A DNA stretch of 32,000 nt from Opitutales bacterium. Its GTDB lineage: Bacteria > Verrucomicrobiota > Verrucomicrobiia > Opitutales > PNEW01. The notes under the pieces were generated by a model. That model ran no database searches, had not been told where the DNA came from, and was given only the letters and a program-made list of their open reading frames with translations. The stretch spans positions 1,080,001-1,112,000 of the forward strand of contig CBDCNV010000002.1 of NCBI GenBank assembly GCA_965219535.1. Reading direction: 5' to 3'. A program made the position numbers and the translations under genes. Within the stretch, counting starts at the first letter, position 1, and each line of letters starts with the position of its first letter. Of the stretch, positions 26,320-32,000 are shown one piece after another.

Positions 26320-27090
26320 TTATTTTCGTACGTCATCGCTCATTTGCTTAAGTCCGTTTAAGAAAAATGAAACGACAGCCCCCGTAGATATCCAGCGACA
26401 ACCTCTGGCTGCCCAGTCCCGGGCAATCTCGAGGTCATAAGGGATGGAAACACCCACCGGCATACTCACTTTATCGGCGGCTTCAAATATCCGGTCTACC
26501 GTCTTCAGCACTTCTGGATGACGTGGCTGTGCGGGATACCCTAAAGATGCCGATAAATCGTTAGGGCCGATAACGATTGTCGTGATGCCCGGGACATCGA
26601 GAATGGCTTCCAAATCATTAACCGCATCGATATGTTCGATTTGCACTACGATGACGACTGATTCATTTGCTTCTTTTATATAGTCTGGTCCCGTTGATTG
26701 CGCATAGAGAGCGGCGCGATTGGGGCCATAACCACGAATACCTTCTGGTGGATAGAGACACGCGCTCACTGCCATGCGCGCTTCTTCGGCGCTGCGGATG
26801 AGTGGTGTAATGATGCCGTCGGCGCCGGAGTCAAGCACGGGTTTAATTAGAACATGATCATTCCATGGCACACGAACAATGGTCGGTAAATTTGAGTTTC
26901 TGGTGGCCATGATATGATGGTCGACGGTCTCAATTGAAATAGAAGCATGTTCCATTTCCACCCATACGAAATCCAATATGTTACTTCTCGCTAACATCTC
27001 TGTCAGGGCAGGTTCGGTTTTGCCGATGTGCGTGCCAAGGCATAGTTTGTCTCCTTTTAGCTTTTCTCTTAATAATTTTGCATTTTGCAT
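26320..27090 (-). CDS. HpcH/HpaI-family aldolase, paralog 2
   Basis: 256 aa, roughly 60% identical by eye to paralog 1 over the full length (MQNAKLLREKLK..., DFVWVEMEH, YPPEGIRG, GPNDLSASLGYPAQPRHP). Its ATG lies 6 nt from the end of IS copy 2. Confidence 0.8.
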   Translation of the reverse strand: MQNAKLLREKLKGDKLCLGTHIGKTEPALTEMLARSNILDFVWVEMEHASISIETVDHHIMATRNSNLPTIVRVPWNDHVLIKPVLDSGADGIITPLIRSAEEARMAVSACLYPPEGIRGYGPNRAALYAQSTGPDYIKEANESVVIVVQIEHIDAVNDLEAILDVPGITTIVIGPNDLSASLGYPAQPRHPEVLKTVDRIFEAADKVSMPVGVSIPYDLEIARDWAARGCRWISTGAVVSFFLNGLKQMSDDVRK

Positions 27091-27125
27091 ACTGCTTGTG
27101 ATCGGACCCCGTTTTTCGTACCAAT

Positions 27126-28091
27126 TTAAGTGAGAGAGTTACCGGGTGTTAATGGTTTTAGGATTGATGTATATGAGAGATCTTGGCGAAGTGAGGGCGT
27201 AGCCCGAACGCGGCCAAGATCGGAAAGGAATCTGACAAACTCTTGTGGGCTTTTGAAGCCTAAACGACTGTGGGGATGTTCATGGTTATAGGTCTGACGC
27301 CATTGTTCGATTACCACTTGCGCTTCAGCCACGCTGAGCAACACTTCACGGTTCAAACACTCATCGCGTAAGCGGTTGTGAAACGACTCGATGAAACCGT
27401 TTTGCCAGGGACTGCCCGGATCGATATAGATCGCCTTTATGTTATTACCGGACAACCACTGCTGCACTTGATGAGCAATGAACTCACTGCCGTTGTCACT
27501 ACGGATATAGCTGGGAGGTCCCTCCTCTTCAATGGCCTCGCTAAGCACAGAGAGGACATCGGTTGAGGTGAGTTGACGAGCGACCCGGATATCCAGGCAT
27601 TTACGCGTATATGTCTTCGCTTCGCTTGAGTGTCGTCGCTTTCAGCTCCTCGGTACATCGATTAGAGTCATCATCTTTAATGGACCGCCGTTGTCTGTAC
27701 GATCATGGACAAAGTCCCAGGACCAAACGTGATTGCGACCCTTTGCTTTAGTAGGTGACCCCGTAGAGACTCCTTGACGGTGTCTGCCCTTTTTCGGGGG
27801 CTTTACCTGCAGCCCTTCTGAACGTCGTACCGCCTGGACAAACTTCCTGCTTGTTGTCCAGCCTTCCTTTACCAGCAAGGCACGGATGCGCCGGTAACCG
27901 TAGCGGGGATGTTTCCAGGACAAGCTCACAATCCGCTCGACCAACCGCTGAGCTTTCTCACTGGCCTGTTTGGGCCGGTAACTGAACGTTGACCAACTCA
28001 GGCTGAGATAAGCACAAGCCCTCCGCAACGAGCACAACCCTTTCTCAGCCGCAGCTTTTACTACTCGTTTCTTCTGCTTTGGGCTCACCAT
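27126..28091 (-). CDS. IS3-family transposase OrfB frame, with the same in-frame TGA (27642..27644)
   Basis: Translation is identical to copy 1; the single nucleotide difference is synonymous (Leu TTG vs TTA). Confidence 0.85.
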
Positions 28092-28378
28092 TTTTTTGAC
28101 AGCGTTTCCTCCATTACCTGATTCTTGAGCATTTGATCTGCGAGCAGCTTCTTCAGCTCGGTATGTCAGGCCTTCTCGCTTGCGCTCGTGAATTCTTTTT
28201 CCAGCTCTTTAAATCGCTTCGCATCGGCAAGTTCTAAATTGCCATATTTTTTACGCCAGCGATAGAAAGTCTGTTCGCTCAGGTTGTTTCCACGGCAGAT
28301 TTCCTGTACCGTTTTACCGGTATCGGCTTGCCGCAATATTGTTATAATCTGTTCTGTTGTGTATCTTTTTCTTTTCAT
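28085..28378 (-). CDS. IS3-family transposase OrfA frame, with the same in-frame TGA (28166..28168)
   Basis: Identical to copy 1. Confidence 0.85.
28091..28097 (-). other. -1 frameshift slippery heptamer A_AAA_AAA (copy 2)
   Basis: Same sequence context as copy 1. Confidence 0.75.
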
Positions 28379-28580
28379 TGAGGTTATCTGTTTATCCCGA
28401 TAACCTCTCTCTGTAAATGATACGATTTTTGGGGGTCACTCCAGGAGAACTTCCCCCTGGTTCGGTACTTTTAATATCAACAGTTACCCATGGGTCCATC
28501 ACCGTGAACTTGGATGGCTTGAGATAGGTGATAGTAGCACACAAATCAGTATCTTCCTATTTGATCCATTCCTGGGTTGG

Positions 28581-29621
28581 TTGTGGACTAACAATACTAC
28601 CTATCCCAATCTCTACAGTTACGACCGAACAGCATGGCTTTTCTTCTCAGAGGGCACTACCGATCCTAGATTATTTTATGATCGTTCCCTTCAAGATTGG
28701 GTTAGTTTATTTTCGCAGGATGGAAATTCCGGAGATACCAAAAATGGATTTAATCTTTTTAATACTTCTGTCCCCTCCCAAGAGATTATTGGCGGTGGCC
28801 CGCGTCGAGACGGAATTCCTTCTATTGACTTTCCGAAGTTTACATCGATCGAAGAGGCAACGTTTTTAAATGACGATGATGTAATTATCAGCGTAACGAT
28901 CGATGAAGAGACTAGAGCCTATCCCTTCCTTATCTTGAATTGGCATGAATTAGTAAATGACAATATAGGCGAAACTTACTTTACTGTTACCTATTGCCCT
29001 CTTTGTGCTACCGCTTTCGTCATCGACCGAAAGGTAAATGGTCGCCTCCTGACCTTTGGCGTTTCAGGACTGCTCTTTAGAGATAATCTACTGATGTATG
29101 ACCGGCAGACTGAAAGTCTCTGGCAGCAATTTTCATTGCAGAGTATAGGCGGACCCCAAGTGAAATCAAAATTGCGCTGGTTGTTCAGCGAGCAAATGAC
29201 ATTCAGTGCCTGGCGGGAAAAATATCCTGAGGGGTTGGTATTGTCTACTGATACCGGTTTTCCGAATATTGAAATTTTTTCAGATGGATACACTTTTAAC
29301 CCTTACAGTCAGTATGAAAGGTCTCCATTCCCACTGCGATTACCTGATGATTTAAGTGACGACTTACCTGCTAAAGCTATTGTCTTCGGTATTGTCATCG
29401 ATGGAGTCGCCAAAGCCTATCCACGAGAATCTTTACTTTCCGGTGTTAACTTTGAGGACGTCTTCAACAGCACAGCGATATCCTTAACCTTTGATGAGGA
29501 AGCGGATTCTATCCGTGTGGTGGAATCTGATACGGGGAACGAAATAAACGGCGTCTGGTCCTTCTGGTTTGCCTGGCAATCATTCCATCCGGAAACTGAG
29601 GTCTGGATGCCTGGCGCTTGA
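28581..29621 (+). CDS. DUF3179-domain protein, probably 5'-truncated by IS copy 2
   Basis: YCPLCATAFVIDRKVNGRLLTFGVSGLLFRDNLLMYDRQTESLWQQ and GGGPRRDGIPSIDFPKF are DUF3179 hallmarks. The first possible start is a TTG at 28581, but the frame is open without a stop back to the IS boundary at 28444 and still encodes W-rich repeats (SPWFGTFNINSYPWVHHRELGWLEIG). Confidence 0.75.
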   Translation: MWTNNTTYPNLYSYDRTAWLFFSEGTTDPRLFYDRSLQDWVSLFSQDGNSGDTKNGFNLFNTSVPSQEIIGGGPRRDGIPSIDFPKFTSIEEATFLNDDDVIISVTIDEETRAYPFLILNWHELVNDNIGETYFTVTYCPLCATAFVIDRKVNGRLLTFGVSGLLFRDNLLMYDRQTESLWQQFSLQSIGGPQVKSKLRWLFSEQMTFSAWREKYPEGLVLSTDTGFPNIEIFSDGYTFNPYSQYERSPFPLRLPDDLSDDLPAKAIVFGIVIDGVAKAYPRESLLSGVNFEDVFNSTAISLTFDEEADSIRVVESDTGNEINGVWSFWFAWQSFHPETEVWMPGA

Positions 29622-29668
29622 AAGTCATTACAATAATATTCATAAAACGAAAATAAATTTAACAATCG

Positions 29669-30712
29669 TTGAAAATGAAAAAGCTAATTTTATTCAGCTA
29701 TCCTGGTCACTCCATTGCTTTTTATTCCCTCGTATTATTGATCAGTTTTCAGCTGTCACTCTTGGCGCAGACGGTACCCACTATTGATCCGGGCTCTCCT
29801 CCCACAATCGATCCCGGTTCGCCACCGGAAATTACTCCTGATCCGAATCCGCCCTCTGATCCTATTCCGGTCATCATCGCCGGGGATGGCACTACTAATC
29901 TGAATGGTACTAATCTCAACAATCTCTTCCACCCAAACGGAAACATATATGACCAGGTATTGATGACCGGGAGGTCGATAACCTTCAGGGCCGATGAAGG
30001 TCAAATTACGCGTGTTTCATTTATTGATATTAATGATGATATCGTTCAATTGGAATTTTCCGGTTCTGGCACTTTTCTCGTAACCTTGGACGACGATACT
30101 TTTTCTGAACCCGCACGGCCGGTTAATTACACGCAGGAAGTGGACTATGTGAAAGGTTTACCGTCGATCTTCATCAACGGTGCGGATACCACCACCAATG
30201 TGGGCTCTTTCGCGGTCAATTCTTTATCTTCTCCGGGAACGCCGATATTAATCGACGGAATCAATTATGATGCCACGGCAAATATTGCCTTCCTTGAAGT
30301 GTTGGGAACGGGCATGGCCAGCATCGGGTACGGTAATGTTGTTTTTACTGGCACCAAAGGCAATATAGGCATCAACGCTCCAATTCCCGTCTCAGGTCGG
30401 GTGATTATTAACGATATCGATGCCCAGGATAATGCTACACCTTTTCTTCTTTTAGATGAAAGCTCGTCTATTTCTGATCCCTTGGGATCTGAAAAAAGTA
30501 TAAGAATTGCGGGTGGCGATCTCTCTCAAACTAATGGGAAAGCAATCATTATCGCCCCAGATTCCAGTAGCGTTGCTGGGTTTATCAATATTATCTCGCA
30601 GAATAACTTCAAAGCGGATGGCACCCCTCAGCCACCGCTAACGATCTCAGCTACATTTACCAATACCCAGGACACACCTATTTCAGTAACCACGGAAACC
30701 CAAAACTTTTAA
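29669..30712 (+). CDS. Secreted hypothetical protein with Pro-rich N-terminal linker
   Basis: 347 aa. The likely start is the ATG at 29675 (MKKLILFSYPGHSIAFYSLVLLISFQLSLLAQ, a signal peptide). Then TIDPGSPPTIDPGSPPEITPDPNPPSDP. I recognise no domain in the remainder. Confidence 0.6.
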   Translation: MKMKKLILFSYPGHSIAFYSLVLLISFQLSLLAQTVPTIDPGSPPTIDPGSPPEITPDPNPPSDPIPVIIAGDGTTNLNGTNLNNLFHPNGNIYDQVLMTGRSITFRADEGQITRVSFIDINDDIVQLEFSGSGTFLVTLDDDTFSEPARPVNYTQEVDYVKGLPSIFINGADTTTNVGSFAVNSLSSPGTPILIDGINYDATANIAFLEVLGTGMASIGYGNVVFTGTKGNIGINAPIPVSGRVIINDIDAQDNATPFLLLDESSSISDPLGSEKSIRIAGGDLSQTNGKAIIIAPDSSSVAGFINIISQNNFKADGTPQPPLTISATFTNTQDTPISVTTETQNF

Positions 30713-30714
30713 GC

Positions 30715-30754
30715 TTTACGCGGATATGCGATCACGCGGTTAAGCGCTATTGCG
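30715..30754. repeat. Degenerate 8-nt tandem repeat, 5 units (N-W-T-A-N-G-C-G), same style as 25305..25392
   Basis: tttacgcg gatatgcg atcacgcg gttaagcg ctattgcg followed by an A-run. GCG occurs at 30720, 30728, 30736, 30744 and 30752. The tract starts 3 nt after the stop at 30712. Confidence 0.65.
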
Positions 30755-30804
30755 AAAAAAAGTTATTCCAGCTTTCTAGTTTACAGGTACTCTCCCTAAT
30801 CTTT

Positions 30805-31611
30805 TTATGAGGCCGCGGGAGGTTCCGCCGGAGCCGTAGCGGGTTCTTTTTTCACCGGTTTCTTTACCTCAATAAGTTCGATTTCGAAAATAAGCAGTGA
30901 GCCCGCGGGGATTTTGCCCTTTGACCGATTCCCATAGCCGAGATCGGGCGGGATATAGAGTTTGGCTTTACCTCCTTCGCGAAGCAATTTTAAGCCTTCC
31001 TTAAAACCGATGATTACGCCACTCATATGAAAACTGGCAGGTGTTCCGCGATCACGTGAACTGTCAAACACCTCACCATTAATAAATGTTCCATGGTATT
31101 GGACCACGACATTATCCGCGGCGGTTGGAATTTCTCCGCTCCCTTTTTCTATAATTTCATAGTATAGACCAGCTTCCGTTTTTGACACTCCACGAATGTC
31201 AAGCTCAGCAAAATAAGCGCGATTTACATTAAGTTTTGCTTTCGCGGCTTCGTCATCGAATCTCGCTTGTTTATCTTGAAAAGCCTTTGCTTTATCTCCC
31301 ACTAATTTTTGTATCGTAGGTAACATCTCTTGAAGATTTTCCGGTTCTTCCGTGCTAAGTGCCCCTCGCCGCATTCCTTTAAGAATGAGATCGATCTCCT
31401 CTTCCGTGTAGCCCATATGGAGTCCCGTCTGTCGGGAAATCATCCAGCCATAAACCTCGAACGCTTCACTATCATTTATTGCCGTAACCTCTTGAGCCGA
31501 TGCGGTATCACTTGCGTCGTTCTGAGCTGATGTTATTCGTAGAACCAACAATAAGCTGGCGGTTAAAATAAAAATAAATTTTAAAGCGTATAGATGAATC
31601 ATAAGCTGCAA
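30805..31611 (-). CDS. FKBP-type peptidyl-prolyl cis-trans isomerase (FkpA/Mip-like, exported)
   Basis: The C-terminal VVVQYHGTFINGEVFDSSRDRGTPASF..GVIIGFKEGLKLLREGGKAKLYIPPDLGYG is a canonical FKBP domain. There is an N-terminal signal peptide and a helical FKBP_N-like region. The track start is a TTG at 31611; the ATG at 31602 is more likely. Confidence 0.88.
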   Translation of the reverse strand: MQLMIHLYALKFIFILTASLLLVLRITSAQNDASDTASAQEVTAINDSEAFEVYGWMISRQTGLHMGYTEEEIDLILKGMRRGALSTEEPENLQEMLPTIQKLVGDKAKAFQDKQARFDDEAAKAKLNVNRAYFAELDIRGVSKTEAGLYYEIIEKGSGEIPTAADNVVVQYHGTFINGEVFDSSRDRGTPASFHMSGVIIGFKEGLKLLREGGKAKLYIPPDLGYGNRSKGKIPAGSLLIFEIELIEVKKPVKKEPATAPAEPPAAS

Positions 31612-31843
31612 AACTCACAAAATCACGACAAGGGGTCAATTCATTAGTATAATCTGAATAGCGTTATGTGCCTAAAATATGTCTCATCACTAACCGAAAG
31701 CCGACGAGTGACGCTCTATGTATTGTGTAATAATTAAATAAATTTTTGACCCAATCTTTTAACCTACTTTTCCATAAAGTTTCCACCTGTCTAAATAATT
31801 CTCATATTTGTATTTTAATATTTATAATTGGCGCGTATAATAA

Positions 31844-32000
31844 ATGAAAATGACTTTTACCGATTCATTGTGGAAAAGTATAGGGCCTACCTATAATAAT
31901 ATTTTAAAGCATCCCTTTATTCTTGGATTAACGAGCGGTGAATTGAAAGAGGAAGCCTTCCGCTTTTATGTTATCCAGGACGCACTTTATTTAAAAGATT
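31844..32000 (+). CDS. TenA/thiaminase-II family protein, N-terminal fragment (continues beyond the window)
   Basis: My translation is MKMTFTDSLWKSIGPTYNNILKHPFILGLTSGELKEEAFRFYVIQDALYLKD; the FRFY.IQDA.YL block is typical of the TenA family. It is absent from the track because there is no stop in the window. Confidence 0.65.
   Translation, partial: MKMTFTDSLWKSIGPTYNNILKHPFILGLTSGELKEEAFRFYVIQDALYLKD

Larger units (their letters stand above)
27097..28443 (-). mobile_element. IS3-family insertion sequence, copy 2 (1,347 bp)
   Basis: Identical to copy 1 except C at 27339. Same orientation. Confidence 0.9.

Noticed and set aside
28528-28869. The 113-aa plus-strand ORF overlapping the DUF3179 gene start.
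   Set aside because: It is a different frame from the DUF3179 gene, which carries clear family motifs and W-rich repeats.
31612-31843. TPP (THI-box) riboswitch upstream of the TenA-like gene.
   Set aside because: I found no CTGAGA ... ACCTGATCTGGATAATGCCAGCG-like core. The region is simply AT-rich with TATAAT-like hexamers.

Overview
This 32-kb chromosomal window is probably from a Verrucomicrobiota/PVC-like bacterium. That placement is only an inference, from the PEP-CTERM beta-helix proteins, W-rich repeat motifs and overall gene content.

Gene content:
- **Left third, housekeeping:** secD (partial), yajC, a three-gene glycosyltransferase / SCP2-like / class-III aminotransferase cluster, a BNR-repeat protein, an MFS transporter, gcvT-gcvH, a CNNM/CBS protein and lgt.
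- **Centre:** two nearly identical 1,347-bp IS3-family elements in direct orientation (11279..12625 and 27097..28443, 1 nt different). They bracket 14.5 kb holding three tandem PEP-CTERM secreted repeat-protein paralogs (one frameshifted), a glutaredoxin-like gene, gltB-gltD and two tandem HpcH/HpaI-family aldolase paralogs.
- **Right end:** a DUF3179 gene apparently truncated at its 5' end by the second IS, a secreted Pro-rich protein, an FKBP-type PPIase and the start of a TenA-like gene.

Most notable observations:
- Both IS copies share two in-frame TGA codons. Each lies in an apparent in-frame insertion within an otherwise intact orfA / -1 frameshift / orfB transposase.
- The outer IS flanks have composite-transposon-like features.
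- About 160-bp long-palindrome repeat elements sit between the PEP-CTERM paralogs.
- Degenerate tandem tracts of short period (8-9 nt) lie at gene ends.

I found no defence system, CRISPR array, rRNA or tRNA. All homology statements come from motif recognition by eye, not database searches.
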